Positions 19,187-29,375 of a DNA stretch of 39,913 bases are shown piece after piece. Each line of letters opens with the position of its first letter. Position 1 is the stretch's first letter. The notes below the pieces were generated by a model, which worked only from the letters and a program-made list of their open reading frames with translations, was not told where the DNA came from and did no database searches. Source of the stretch: Clostridiales bacterium (GTDB lineage Bacteria; Bacillota; Clostridia; Oscillospirales; Oscillospiraceae); NCBI GenBank assembly GCA_020861055.1, contig JAJBTD010000046.1, positions 1 through 39,913 of the forward strand. The letters are read 5' to 3'. The translations under genes and the position numbers were made by a program.

Positions 19187-20611
19187 TCACTCGCCCACGA
19201 TGCGCACGCCGTACACCGACCAGAAATAGTTGGTGCGGTAGTCGGACAGCGCCTCAGCGCTGACGTAGACGTTGGCGTCCGTGCCGTCCAGCAGCTGCTG
19301 CCCCACCCGGCAGGCGGAGGGGTCGTCGTTTTCCACCACGATGCGCTCCAGCGCGGTGCAGCCGTCAAAGGCCAGGTCGCCGATGGCGGTGATGTTCTCC
19401 TGAACAGTCAGCTCCACCAGCCCCGTCTCCCCGGCAAAGGCGGAGGAGGCGATGGCCGTCACCGGCAGTCCCTCCCATTGGGTGGGGACGGTCAGGCTGG
19501 CGCGGCTCCGTCCCGTCTCGGAGAGGCCGGTGACCGTGACCGTCTCCCCGTCCGTCTCGTAGAGGAAGCAGTCCGCATCGCTGTCGTCCCCCTCCGTCAG
19601 GGCGGCAGACGCCGCCGGGGGCTGTTCCGGAAGGTCGATGTCCGTGGGGCTGCTGTCTCCCAGCATGGCCTTGATATCCCGGATGAGCTGGCGGGTGTAT
19701 ACCGTCCTTCCGCTGGCATTCAGGTGGAAGTTGGTGTCATAGAACCACTCCGCCTCCAGGATGCAGTCGTTGGGGTCGCCTGCCAAGGGAATATTCAGCC
19801 GGCTTTGCAGCGCCTCCGCCCAGCCGTCCACGTCCGCCCCCTCCTCCACCGCCAGGGCGTTCATGGGGCAGAAGTGGTACCACACCGTCGCCCCCAGCTC
19901 TGCGGCAGCGGCGGCGTAGTCGTTCACCGCCTCCACAAATTCCTCCGTGGGGGTGTCGCTGTCGAAGCGGATGGGGGTGTTCTCGTCGTACAGGCCGGAC
20001 ATGACGTTCTGGGTACACAGGTCGGAGACCACGTCCCCGTACCCGTTGAAGGAGGCGTGGGTGTACACCCCCTCCGGCTCCGGGCCGGTCCCCGTGACCG
20101 TCCAGGCCAGCTTTTGGGCGGCGAAGGCGGGGAACGTCCCCGCCAGCTGTCCCCAGCGGTCGGCGTCCAGCCGGGCCAGCAGGTCAAAGGCCCCGTCCAG
20201 CCCCTGCCACAGAATGGCGGCGTCAAAGTAGTCGGAGAGGGTCTGCTCCTGCTGCTCCGGGATGAGGATGACGATGTCCCCCTCCCGCAGGCTCTCCTGG
20301 GACAGGTCCAGCATGACGGTGGTGCCCAGGGCGGCGTACATGCCGAAGTTGACCACGGTGTAGCCCGGAAGCTGCTCCTCCATCAGCGTGCTGTCCACCC
20401 CGAAGGCCACGGCGCTGCCCCCCACCAGGATAATGCGGGGCTGCTCCGTCTCCTCCTCCAAAAGGGCGCACTTGTCCTTCAGCTCCCCCAGGAAGGTCTC
20501 CTCATAGCAGCAGGGCAGGCCGAAGCCCCAGGCCAGCAGGGAGAGGGGGGCCAGGAGCAGCAGTATGATCGTGACCGCCACGATATTTCTCACTGTTTTT
20601 CTCTGTCTCAT
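19187..20611 (-). CDS. Membrane-anchored SGNH-like (acyltransferase-like) protein with C-terminal BspA-type LRR
   Basis: N-terminal TM; RIILVGGSA, VVNFG and YDTNFHL blocks; C-terminal VTAIASSAF/ITAIGDLAFDGCTAL LRR_5 repeats; likely start MRQRK at 20611. Confidence 0.7.
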   Translation of the reverse strand: MRQRKTVRNIVAVTIILLLLAPLSLLAWGFGLPCCYEETFLGELKDKCALLEEETEQPRIILVGGSAVAFGVDSTLMEEQLPGYTVVNFGMYAALGTTVMLDLSQESLREGDIVILIPEQQEQTLSDYFDAAILWQGLDGAFDLLARLDADRWGQLAGTFPAFAAQKLAWTVTGTGPEPEGVYTHASFNGYGDVVSDLCTQNVMSGLYDENTPIRFDSDTPTEEFVEAVNDYAAAAAELGATVWYHFCPMNALAVEEGADVDGWAEALQSRLNIPLAGDPNDCILEAEWFYDTNFHLNASGRTVYTRQLIRDIKAMLGDSSPTDIDLPEQPPAASAALTEGDDSDADCFLYETDGETVTVTGLSETGRSRASLTVPTQWEGLPVTAIASSAFAGETGLVELTVQENITAIGDLAFDGCTALERIVVENDDPSACRVGQQLLDGTDANVYVSAEALSDYRTNYFWSVYGVRIVGE

Positions 20612-20613
20612 GG

Positions 20614-22056
20614 TCAAAACTGAAAGTAGATAAAGGCGTTTTCGCCGTTGGCGGCCAGCAGCGCCAGCCATGCCACGGCGACGGTACTCACCAGGAAGAA
20701 TATCCCCTGGGCGGCGGAGACGGCTCCCTCTGTGTCATTCGTCCCCCGGCTCCAGTCCGCCCGCTCCAGCAGGAGCAGACAGAGGACGGACAGCGCCGCC
20801 CGGAGGACGGTGTTCGCCGTCAGCTCCATCAGGGAGAGGGCGCTCTGCCATCCCGCGCTGTCCCAGCCGGAGGTCAGCCCCCGGAGCAGCAGCCCCGCCT
20901 CCTCCAGAGAGCCTGCCCGGAAAAAGAGCCAGGCAAAGGTCACCAGCAGGAAGGTGCGGCCCTGCCGGAGCAGGCCGGTGAGCCGGTTGTCCGGGAGGGT
21001 GGGCGCGCCCGCCCGCTGCCACAGCAGACCCGCCACCTGGCATATGCCCAGAAAGCCGCCCCAGACCACAAAGGTCCAGTCCGCCCCGTGCCACAGGCCG
21101 CTGACCAGAAAGACGATCAGAATATTGACGCACTGACGGGCCAGGCCCTTCCGGCTGCCCCCCAGAGGCTTATAGAGGTAGTCGGTGAACCAGCTGGTCA
21201 GGCTGATGTGCCACCGCCGCCAGAAGTCCCGGACAGATCTGGCGGAATAGGGGCGGCGGAAGTTGTCCATCAGCCGGATGCCCAGCATCCGGGCCGCCCC
21301 CTGGGCGATGTCGGAGTAGCCGGAGAAGTCGCAGTAGATCTGCACCGCAAAGGCGACGGTGGCCAATGCGATGGCCGGGCCGGCGGCCTCTCCGGGGACG
21401 GCGTACACGCTGTCCACCAGGGCGGAAAGCCCGTCCGCCACCACCAGCTTTTTGAAGTACCCCCGGCACAGCAGGCAGAGGCCCCAGTACAGATCGGAGG
21501 CCCGGAAGGTGTGCCGCGCCTTGAGCTGGGGGAGCAGATGGTCGGGCCGCTCGATGGGCCCCGCCACCAGCTGGGGGAAGAAGGAGACGAACAGGGCATA
21601 GTAGCCCAGGTCCGGCTCCGTCTTGATCTCCCCCCGGTACACGTCCAGCACATAGGACAGGGTCTGGAAAGTGTAGAAGGAGATGCCCACCGGCAGCACC
21701 AGGTCCACCGTCACGTCAAACCCCTCGCCCCCCAGCAGCCGGGCAACGCTCCCCGCCGTGTCCGTCAGGAACCCGGCGTATTTGAACACCCCCAGGCACC
21801 CCAGGCAGCACACCAGGGCCAGCGCCAGCCACAGCCTCCGTCCCCCGGCGCTGTTCGAGCGCTCGATGCCCTGGGCGGACAGCCAGGAGACGAGGGTCGT
21901 CCCCAGGAGCAGAAAGCCCGTCCACGGGTTCCACCAGAGGTAGAACAGATAGCTGGCCGCCAGCAGCAGCCACCGCCGGAACCGGTGGGGCAGCAGCCAG
22001 TAGAGGGCCAGCACCACCGGGAAGAATACCAGAAATTCCAGCGAATTAAAGTTCAT
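20614..22056 (-). CDS. MBOAT family O-acyltransferase (AlgI/DltB-like)
   Basis: LPVGISFYTFQ, FFPQLVAGPI, DFSGYSDIA, FWRRWHISL, SGLWHGA (catalytic His). Confidence 0.95.
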   Translation of the reverse strand: MNFNSLEFLVFFPVVLALYWLLPHRFRRWLLLAASYLFYLWWNPWTGFLLLGTTLVSWLSAQGIERSNSAGGRRLWLALALVCCLGCLGVFKYAGFLTDTAGSVARLLGGEGFDVTVDLVLPVGISFYTFQTLSYVLDVYRGEIKTEPDLGYYALFVSFFPQLVAGPIERPDHLLPQLKARHTFRASDLYWGLCLLCRGYFKKLVVADGLSALVDSVYAVPGEAAGPAIALATVAFAVQIYCDFSGYSDIAQGAARMLGIRLMDNFRRPYSARSVRDFWRRWHISLTSWFTDYLYKPLGGSRKGLARQCVNILIVFLVSGLWHGADWTFVVWGGFLGICQVAGLLWQRAGAPTLPDNRLTGLLRQGRTFLLVTFAWLFFRAGSLEEAGLLLRGLTSGWDSAGWQSALSLMELTANTVLRAALSVLCLLLLERADWSRGTNDTEGAVSAAQGIFFLVSTVAVAWLALLAANGENAFIYFQF

Positions 22057-22297
22057 CCCGGCCTCCCCCTCCCGTCAGTGGCAGCAGGCTCAGTGCGGTG
22101 AGGGCCAGCAGGGGGAGCAGCAGCTCCTCCAGGGTGCCCCCCAGCACCAACCCGGCCAGCAGCATCGCCACGCCGCAGAGGGCGGTGAGCAGCGCCCACA
22201 GCCATTGGGGGCGGACACGAAGGCCGCTGAGGACGGCGCACACCACGCTCACCGCCAGCAGGGCCAGCAGCACCGGCTGGGACAGTAACAGGCTCAC
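22046..22297 (-). CDS. Small hydrophobic membrane protein
   Basis: 83 aa, about 3 TM segments; GTG start overlaps the upstream stop and its end overlaps the MBOAT start. Confidence 0.7.
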   Translation of the reverse strand: MSLLLSQPVLLALLAVSVVCAVLSGLRVRPQWLWALLTALCGVAMLLAGLVLGGTLEELLLPLLALTALSLLPLTGGGGRDEL

Positions 22298-24093
22298 TCC
22301 GCTTCCTCCTTTGCCAGCTGCTCCTTCAGCTCCGAGATGATCTGCTCCGTGCGAATGGCCACCCCCTCGGTGGAGAGGTGGTTGTCCGTCCCGTAGAGAT
22401 ACCGCCCCGGCCAGAGAGATTCCTCGATGTCGGAGAGCACCGGGACGATCAGGTTTTCCCAGAACCAGGCGTCCAGCTCCGCCCTGGCCTCCTCCGTGCT
22501 GTCCTCCGAGATGGCCAGACTGTTCCGGGGGGCGTAGGTGAAATACACCCGGACACCCCTGTCCAGAAAACGCTGATACATCTCGTTTAAGGGCTGGATG
22601 AACTGGGCCACCGGGAAGGATCTCACGGTGTAGTCCACCGCCAGGCCGTAGACCGGCTCGTCGGAGTCGGCGTTGGGGCGGTAGAGGATGTAGTCCCCGT
22701 ACTCGTTGTAGCTGGGCTCGTCCACCGGGTTGCCGTCCTCGTCGTAGTCCGAGGCGGAGCGGGCGTAGCTCCCCGCCTCCATCCCCTCCCGCCCGGCGAG
22801 GAAGGAGGAGAGGGCGCTGAACGTCCCCCCTACCTCCCGGAGATCCAGCCGGGCCAGCAGGTCGTAGTTGGACTCGATCAGTTTGAAAAAGGTGTCGTCC
22901 ATCCGGCTGGTGGTGCAGAACTGCCGCTGGGCGGCGTCAAACTCCGGGGAGTGGATGAGGATGTCCCCCTCCCCCATGCAGTCCAAAATCAGCAGGAATT
23001 GGGGGTAGGCGTTGGTGTAGGCGAACACCCCCATGTTCACCACCTCATAGCCCTCAAACGCCTGGTCGATGGCGGCGCTGTCGTAGCCGAACCGGGTGGA
23101 GGAGCCGGAGAACAGGACGATTTTCTGACAGTCGCTCAGGGTGAGCAGCCGGTCAAACTTGTCGGTAAAGGTGTCGTAATAGGTGCCGCTGTACACCGGG
23201 TCCTCCACGGCGTTCAGGTGGACGGTCCGGAGATCGTCGCAGTCCTGGAAGCTGTAGTCGTTGAGGGTGATGATATTGTCCGAGAGGTAGAGGGTGGTCA
23301 GAGCACAGCCCCGGAAGGCCCCGCTCTCCAGCGTCCGGACGGTGTTGGGGAGGATCACCGTATCGCACGCCGCCTCCGCAAAGGCCCCCTCCCCGATGTA
23401 ACGGACGGGCAGGCCGTCCAGCTCGGCGGGGATGGAGATGACGCTGTCCGTGCCGGAGTAGCCGGTGATTTTCACCCCGTCTCCCGCCTCCTCCCAAGTG
23501 AAGCAGCGCTCGTCCGTCCATTTGCTCAACTGGGCGTAGAGGGTCAGTCCCTCCGCCGGGTCTGCCCGGCTCCCCAGGCCCACCGCCGTTCCGGAGCCGT
23601 CCGCCTGGGTGTTCCAGCCGATGAGGGTGTACCCCTCCCGTTCAAACAGCTCTACTCCGGTGGAGGTGTTCCAGCGGAGGTGGGTAGTGGCCGTGACCAC
23701 CTCTACCGGCTGGGAGGCGTCGCCCCCGTCCAGGCGCTCACCCCCGTTGGCGTCGTAGTACACGATCTCCCCCTCCTGCTCCAGATAGAGAGATACCGTC
23801 GTGGAGTAGCGGACGCTGTGGAGGGTCAGGGTGACGGTGCGGCCCGACTGGTCGATCTCCGCATCCTCATAGTCCGTACCGGCGAGGGTGTAGCCGTCCG
23901 CCAGGGTCAGGGTAAAGACGGCGTCCTCTCCCCTGAGGGGGGTGGCGGTGTAGCTCTCCGCCGTGTATCCCTCCCCCTCCTCCAGCACCACCGGGCAGGT
24001 CAGGGCCGCCTGGGCCGCTGTGCCGGAGGCGCAGGAGGTGAGCGCAAAAACACAGGCCAGGAAAAGGGGCAGCAGCGTTCTCCCTCTTTTCAT
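22294..24093 (-). CDS. Lipoprotein with InlB B-repeat-like, BspA LRR and SGNH-like domains
   Basis: Lipobox LTSC(21); YYDANGG..REGYTLIGWNTQADGSG (B-repeat); LRR_5 repeats; KIVLFSGSS, VVNMG and GTDNHL blocks. Confidence 0.72.
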   Translation of the reverse strand: MKRGRTLLPLFLACVFALTSCASGTAAQAALTCPVVLEEGEGYTAESYTATPLRGEDAVFTLTLADGYTLAGTDYEDAEIDQSGRTVTLTLHSVRYSTTVSLYLEQEGEIVYYDANGGERLDGGDASQPVEVVTATTHLRWNTSTGVELFEREGYTLIGWNTQADGSGTAVGLGSRADPAEGLTLYAQLSKWTDERCFTWEEAGDGVKITGYSGTDSVISIPAELDGLPVRYIGEGAFAEAACDTVILPNTVRTLESGAFRGCALTTLYLSDNIITLNDYSFQDCDDLRTVHLNAVEDPVYSGTYYDTFTDKFDRLLTLSDCQKIVLFSGSSTRFGYDSAAIDQAFEGYEVVNMGVFAYTNAYPQFLLILDCMGEGDILIHSPEFDAAQRQFCTTSRMDDTFFKLIESNYDLLARLDLREVGGTFSALSSFLAGREGMEAGSYARSASDYDEDGNPVDEPSYNEYGDYILYRPNADSDEPVYGLAVDYTVRSFPVAQFIQPLNEMYQRFLDRGVRVYFTYAPRNSLAISEDSTEEARAELDAWFWENLIVPVLSDIEESLWPGRYLYGTDNHLSTEGVAIRTEQIISELKEQLAKEEAE

Positions 24094-24136
24094 GGCCTGT
24101 GTCCTCCGTTCCGAATCGTGACCGGCTATGCCCCGG

Positions 24137-25591
24137 TCACGGCACGATTTCCTGAATGTCGAAGCTCTCCCCGATGGCGTTTCGGGCCTCCCAGAGAGAG
24201 GAGTAATCCCCCGTCACCATCATCTGCACCAGCAGATTGCCGATGGCGACCCCCTCCACCGGGCCGGCGTAGACAGTCAGTCCGGTGGCCTGGGCGGTCA
24301 TCTCGTTCAGGTAGACGTCCTGGCTCCCGCCGCCCACGATGTTGATGCTGGTGAACCGCTTTCCCGTCAGCCGGGAGAGGCACTCCACGGCGTCGGCGTA
24401 GCACAGGGCCAGGCTGTGATAGATGCACTGCATCGTCTCCCCCACCGTCTCCGGGGGGCGCTGGCCGGTCTTTTCGCAGAAGTCCCGGATGGCCTGGAAC
24501 ATACTCTCCGGGGCCAGGAAGGAGGGGTCGTTCACGTCTACCGTGGAGGGGAAGTCCGCCGCCTCACGGGCGGCCTCCGCCACCGCCTCGAAGGTCCACA
24601 GGTGCCGGTCTGTCCCAGGCGTCCGGTCCCGGCGCTCCCCCTCCACATAGGGGATGCCGTTGAGCTCCCGATAGATGCACTCCACCATCCACAGGCCCAT
24701 GATGTTTTTCAGATAGCGGAACCGCCGCCAGGCGCCCCCCTCGTTGGTGAAGTTCTCCGCTTGGCTCTCCGGGGTGGTGATGGCCTTGTGCAGCTCCACC
24801 CCCAGCAGGGACCAGGTATCGCTGGAGAGAAACACCGCCTCGTCGTCCCTGGCGGGGACCGCCAGAAAGGCGGAGCCGGTATCGTGGGTGGCGGGGAGGA
24901 TGACCTGGCAGTTGTAGCCCACCAGGGTCTGTATGTTCTCCTGTAAGCCTCCCAAAATCGTCCCCGGCATGGAGAGCGGGCCGAACAGGTCGAAGGGCAG
25001 GCCCATCCGAATGAGCACCTCCTCGTCCCAGGTGCGGGTCCTGGCGTTGACCAGGGCGGTGGAGGTGGCGTTGGTGTACTCGTTGCGGATGATGCCGGTG
25101 AGCAAATAGTTGAAATATTCCGGCAGCATGAGAAAGTGGGCGGCCCGGTCCAGCTCCTCCGGCCGCTCCTGTCCCAGGGCGGCCAGCTGATAGATGGTGT
25201 TGAAGGGCTGATACTGGATGCCCGTGCGGCTGTAGAGCCAGTCAAAGGGCACGTCCTCCTCCAGCTGCTCCCGCATCCCCTGGGTGCGCTTGTCCCGGTA
25301 GGCCACGGCGTCTCCGATGAGCCCGCCGTCCCGGTCCAGCAGGACAAAATCCACCGCCCAGGTGTCGATGCCCAGGGTGGAGGGAATTTTTCCCAGCCGA
25401 TAGCAGGCCCGCATCCCCGCCAGGATGCTCTCCCACAGGGCCTCCAGGCTCCAGCAGTCGTGGCCACGGCGGCGCACCTGCCGGTTCTCGAAGCGATAGA
25501 CCTCCTCCAGCACCATGCGACCGTCCTCAACGTGGCCCAGAATGTGCCGTCCCTGGGAGGCGCCGATATCAATGGCAAGATGGTATTGCAT
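24137..25591 (-). CDS. rhaB: Rhamnulokinase-like FGGY carbohydrate kinase (divergent motifs)
   Basis: DIGASQGR, GIDTWAVD, HDTGSA, FTNEGG, LKNIMGLW, VGGGS. Confidence 0.82.
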   Translation of the reverse strand: MQYHLAIDIGASQGRHILGHVEDGRMVLEEVYRFENRQVRRRGHDCWSLEALWESILAGMRACYRLGKIPSTLGIDTWAVDFVLLDRDGGLIGDAVAYRDKRTQGMREQLEEDVPFDWLYSRTGIQYQPFNTIYQLAALGQERPEELDRAAHFLMLPEYFNYLLTGIIRNEYTNATSTALVNARTRTWDEEVLIRMGLPFDLFGPLSMPGTILGGLQENIQTLVGYNCQVILPATHDTGSAFLAVPARDDEAVFLSSDTWSLLGVELHKAITTPESQAENFTNEGGAWRRFRYLKNIMGLWMVECIYRELNGIPYVEGERRDRTPGTDRHLWTFEAVAEAAREAADFPSTVDVNDPSFLAPESMFQAIRDFCEKTGQRPPETVGETMQCIYHSLALCYADAVECLSRLTGKRFTSINIVGGGSQDVYLNEMTAQATGLTVYAGPVEGVAIGNLLVQMMVTGDYSSLWEARNAIGESFDIQEIVP

Positions 25592-25840
25592 CTATACTCC
25601 CGCCTTTCTCTCTTTTCTCTCCCATTCTAACATAGCCGTGCATCCGGGGCAAGGAGAATTGCTGGAAAAACTTTCAAATCGGCAGAAATTGCTGTGATTT
25701 TGGAAAATCGCATCGTTTCCAAAGGCGCAAACTGCCGCAGGCAGACGCCCGCGGCAGCTTGTATCGCATGCAGAAATAAATCGCTTAACGGGTAGGTCGG
25801 ACGGCGATGCGCCATCCGACCCGGGGTGGATGGGAACCGA

Positions 25841-26260
25841 TTACTCCTTGCTCACATCAAAGAAGGAAGCAATGATGCTCAGGATGGCGGCGACCACCAG
25901 GACGGCGATGGCAATGATGGCTCCGGTCATGTCAGACACGTTGGAGGCATTGTTCTCGAAGGTCATGATGGAGGCGATGCCCGCCACACGGACGCTGACC
26001 AGCATAATGGCGGAGATCATCAGCAGAGCGGAGGAGGCCACGGGCAGGATGTCCGCCCAGGTCTGGTTGCTCTTGCCGTCCACGATCAGGTAGACCAGCA
26101 GGGCCACAACGGCGGCTCCGGCGCAGCCGGCCACGATGGGGCTGACCCCCAGGCTGGCGAAGTAGGAGGTGCCGGTGTTGACGAGATAGGCCACCAGACC
26201 GGCCGCTCCGGCAATGAGCGTGATAATGGTCAGAAGGAAACCAGCAGATTTGTTTTTCAT
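25841..26260 (-). CDS. Small 4-TM hypothetical membrane protein
   Basis: Start MKNKSAG at 26260 after GGAGG; four hydrophobic segments; directly follows the GH3 gene. Confidence 0.75.
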   Translation of the reverse strand: MKNKSAGFLLTIITLIAGAAGLVAYLVNTGTSYFASLGVSPIVAGCAGAAVVALLVYLIVDGKSNQTWADILPVASSALLMISAIMLVSVRVAGIASIMTFENNASNVSDMTGAIIAIAVLVVAAILSIIASFFDVSKE

Positions 26261-26279
26261 GATTTTCGTCCCTCCGTTC

Positions 26280-29200
26280 TCAGTTTTCCTTGCGGCGGGC
26301 GGCTCTGACATACATGACCACGCAGGCCACCGTCAGAACACCGAAGCCGATCTGTAGGCCGGTGAGCAGGTTGTCATACCAGGTGCGGACACTGACCACA
26401 TGAGAGGTGGAGGAGTAGCCGTCCATGGCGTTGGAATTGGCGATGGCATAGGCCTGCCAGGTCATGGCCTGCTTCAGAGCGGTCAGCATGGTCTCGTCCT
26501 CGCTGACGTTCTCTACAGTCCAGTAATCCCACATAGCGGAGACAGCAGCCATAGTGCTCTCACCGGTGTTGCAGCTCATGGTGATACCGTTCAGAACGGC
26601 CTCCTTCAGCACGGAGTAGTTGGCGGTCTGGATGAAGTCCTCGCTCATCAGGCCCTGGAAGCCCCACTCCTCACGGAGAATGTCGATCATCAGGCCGGTG
26701 TGAGAGTTGTCGGTGTAGCAGCCGATCCGGTTGTAGGCGGTCATCATAGCCAGGCACCCAGCGTCCTCAACAGCGGACTGGAAGCAGCGCAGCTCGCCTT
26801 CACGGGCGGCCTGCTCGGTGGCGAACACGGCCACGCCGGAACGGTTGATCTCGGTGTCGTTGTAGGCAAAGTGCTTGGGGGCGGCCAGGCAGCCATACTC
26901 CATAGCGCCGGTGACGGTGGCGGCAGCCTGGAAGGCAGTCAGGACGGAGTCCTCAGAGTAATACTCGTGGTTACGGGCGTTGTAGGGGGAGCGATGGATG
27001 TTTGCGCCGACGCCCCACCAGATGGTCAGGTTGGACCACAGGGAGTAGTTGCCCATGACCTCGCCGTAGGCCTGCGCCAGCTCCTTGCTGAAGGTGGAGC
27101 CGATGACGGTCTCGTTGGCCATGACGCCAGCCTTGTAGTTGTAGTTGGGGTCGTCCTCGGAGACGGAGTAGGGGTCGCCTGAACCCTCAGCGGAGGCATA
27201 GGTGCCCAGGGTGTAGGAGTAGATGCCGTTAGGTCCATCGTTCTGGATGACCTCGGGGGAGCCGATGGAGTCGATGGCCTTGGTGCTGGTGCCGCCGAAT
27301 CCGGTGCGGATCATGCAGTCCTCCAGAGTGATCTGGTTCATCAGCAGGGTCCAGCTCTCGTCCTCGATGTCGGTGACGCCCTTGAGGTCTGCCAGGGTCA
27401 GGCCGTTGTCCTCTCCGAAGATGACGGAGGAGGCGTCGCCGTTGGCGGTGATCTCATAGTTGTCGTTGTCCATGACGTCCAGCATCTCGTCGGTGGCGGT
27501 CAGGTTTTCATAGGTGATGGGGAAGGTGCCATCCCAGTCGTTCCGGGTCAGGTAGGTCACGGTGCCCTCCATCCAGTAGTTGAGGTCCATGTCCTCCAGC
27601 TGGTTCTCCACAGCAGTGCCGTTCTTGGTGGTGGCAAAGGTGGTGTTGTCCAGGGCGTCCAGCGTCCAGGTGCCGACCTTGGCGCTGTCGCCGTCCTCGG
27701 TCATGCCGTCGGCGGTGGTGTAGCCCTGGGCGGCCAGGACGTTGTTGGCGGCCTCATGGGCGCCGTTGCCGATGGTGAAGTAGTAATCACCGGCGTCCAG
27801 GATGTAGCAGCCGGAGGTGCCTGCGGCGTTGTCAGAGGTGGAGTCCCAGGAGGCCATGTACTGCATATCGGCAGTGATGGTCACGGTCTCGCTCTCACCG
27901 GCGCCCAGCTCGGAGGTCTTCTCATAGTCCAGCAGCTGCACGCCCGCCTTCTCCACGCCGTTTGCGATGTCATAATCGGTGTAGGGAGTGGAGACGTAGA
28001 GCTGGACCACGTCCTTGCCGGCCACGTCGCCGGTGTTGGTGACGGTGACGGTGGCGGTGACGGTCTGGTTCTCCAGATCCACTTCCAGGCTGTCCAGGGT
28101 CTGCTCGAAGGTGGTGTAGCTCAGGCCGTAGCCAAAGGCGTAGGTCACCTCGTTATCATAGCTCCACTCGGAGCCGTCGTGGCTGCCGGTGGTGGAGGAG
28201 GCGTTGCCCTGGCCCAGGACGGTGTCCATGTAACGGGTCTCATAGTACTTGTAGCCGATGTAGATGCCCTCGGCCTCGACCTGGGCGGAGTTGATGGAGT
28301 AGTCAGAGTTGGCGTTCGTCCAGGAGAAGTTGCCAAAGTTCTGAGCAGAGGGAGCGCTGGCGTTGTCCACCGCATAGGTATCGCTCAGATGGCCGGAGGG
28401 GTTGGCGTCGCCGGAGAGGATGTCAGCCACGCCGTAGAAGCCGTAGCCGCCGGGGAGGCCCACCTGGAGGATGGCGTCCACGCCGTCGTTCTCAGCGATC
28501 TCCTCGATCTCCATGGCGCTGGCATTGTTCAGGATGACGATGACCTTGCCGCCGTTGCTCTCCTTGGCCTCGACAGCGGCGCTGATCAGGTCGCGCTCGT
28601 CGTCAGACAGGCCCAGGGCATCGGTCTGGTTCAGATCCTGGGAGGGGTCCACGCCGTCCTCGCCGGGGAGGTAAGTGCCGTTCTCACTGGCGGAGCGGGC
28701 GATGGTGATGATCATCACGTTGTAGTCGTCCATGCTGCTCTGCCAGTCGGCGTCAGCAGCGGACATCTCCGCCTGAGAGGGCTCCTTGCTGGTGAAGTAG
28801 CCGTCGGTGGAGGGGGTGGTGATGTGAGTGTAGGTGATGGTGCTGCCCCAGCTCTCCACCTCGGTGACGAAGCTGGACTCCAGGGAGCCGTACAGGTCCT
28901 GGAGATCGGCGTTGATGGAGAAGCCCTTGGCTTCCAGCGCCTCAACGAAATCCACGGTATCCGCATCCGTGCCCTCGTTCTCGGTGAGGCTGGAGCCCAT
29001 GTCGCCGCCCATGACCGGATAGTAGCTGGAGAAACCCAACAGGGAGATCTTCTGGGTCTCTTCCTCGGTCAGGGGCAGAGCGTTGTTCTCATTTTTCAGA
29101 AGGACGCTGCCCTCCTCGCTCATCTGCTCGCCCAGGTCAGCGATGGCCTGCACCAGCTCGGTGGTAGAGGAGTAGTCGGATGTATAACTGTACAGTTCGG

Positions 29201-29375
29201 ACGTGTCCTCGTCGTCAGAGACGACCATAGTGCTGCTGGTACCCAGCAGACTGTCCAGGTTGGTGCGGTAGGTCTCCACGATGGGGGACATGGCCACACA
29301 CAGGGCCAGCAGGGATGCGGTCAGTGCCGTCAGGCCACGCCAGCGGCGCTGACCGGCACGCTTCTTGTTTTTCAT
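26280..29375 (-). CDS. GH3 beta-glucosidase, permuted domain order, membrane-tethered at both ends
   Basis: N-terminal TM; EGSVLLKN and NPSGHLSDT (GH3_C), Fn3 (VTVTNTG..GKDVVQLY), then barrel with DGP, RNHEYYSED, KHF and nucleophile region GLMSED; C-terminal TM followed by basic tail. Confidence 0.92.
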   Translation of the reverse strand: MKNKKRAGQRRWRGLTALTASLLALCVAMSPIVETYRTNLDSLLGTSSTMVVSDDEDTSELYSYTSDYSSTTELVQAIADLGEQMSEEGSVLLKNENNALPLTEEETQKISLLGFSSYYPVMGGDMGSSLTENEGTDADTVDFVEALEAKGFSINADLQDLYGSLESSFVTEVESWGSTITYTHITTPSTDGYFTSKEPSQAEMSAADADWQSSMDDYNVMIITIARSASENGTYLPGEDGVDPSQDLNQTDALGLSDDERDLISAAVEAKESNGGKVIVILNNASAMEIEEIAENDGVDAILQVGLPGGYGFYGVADILSGDANPSGHLSDTYAVDNASAPSAQNFGNFSWTNANSDYSINSAQVEAEGIYIGYKYYETRYMDTVLGQGNASSTTGSHDGSEWSYDNEVTYAFGYGLSYTTFEQTLDSLEVDLENQTVTATVTVTNTGDVAGKDVVQLYVSTPYTDYDIANGVEKAGVQLLDYEKTSELGAGESETVTITADMQYMASWDSTSDNAAGTSGCYILDAGDYYFTIGNGAHEAANNVLAAQGYTTADGMTEDGDSAKVGTWTLDALDNTTFATTKNGTAVENQLEDMDLNYWMEGTVTYLTRNDWDGTFPITYENLTATDEMLDVMDNDNYEITANGDASSVIFGEDNGLTLADLKGVTDIEDESWTLLMNQITLEDCMIRTGFGGTSTKAIDSIGSPEVIQNDGPNGIYSYTLGTYASAEGSGDPYSVSEDDPNYNYKAGVMANETVIGSTFSKELAQAYGEVMGNYSLWSNLTIWWGVGANIHRSPYNARNHEYYSEDSVLTAFQAAATVTGAMEYGCLAAPKHFAYNDTEINRSGVAVFATEQAAREGELRCFQSAVEDAGCLAMMTAYNRIGCYTDNSHTGLMIDILREEWGFQGLMSEDFIQTANYSVLKEAVLNGITMSCNTGESTMAAVSAMWDYWTVENVSEDETMLTALKQAMTWQAYAIANSNAMDGYSSTSHVVSVRTWYDNLLTGLQIGFGVLTVACVVMYVRAARRKEN

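Noticed and set aside
16274-22056. Acyl-CoA synthetase plus MBOAT as a Dlt-like pathway
   Set aside because: They are separated by rbr-dabb, a terminator and separate promoters, and no acyl-carrier protein gene is seen
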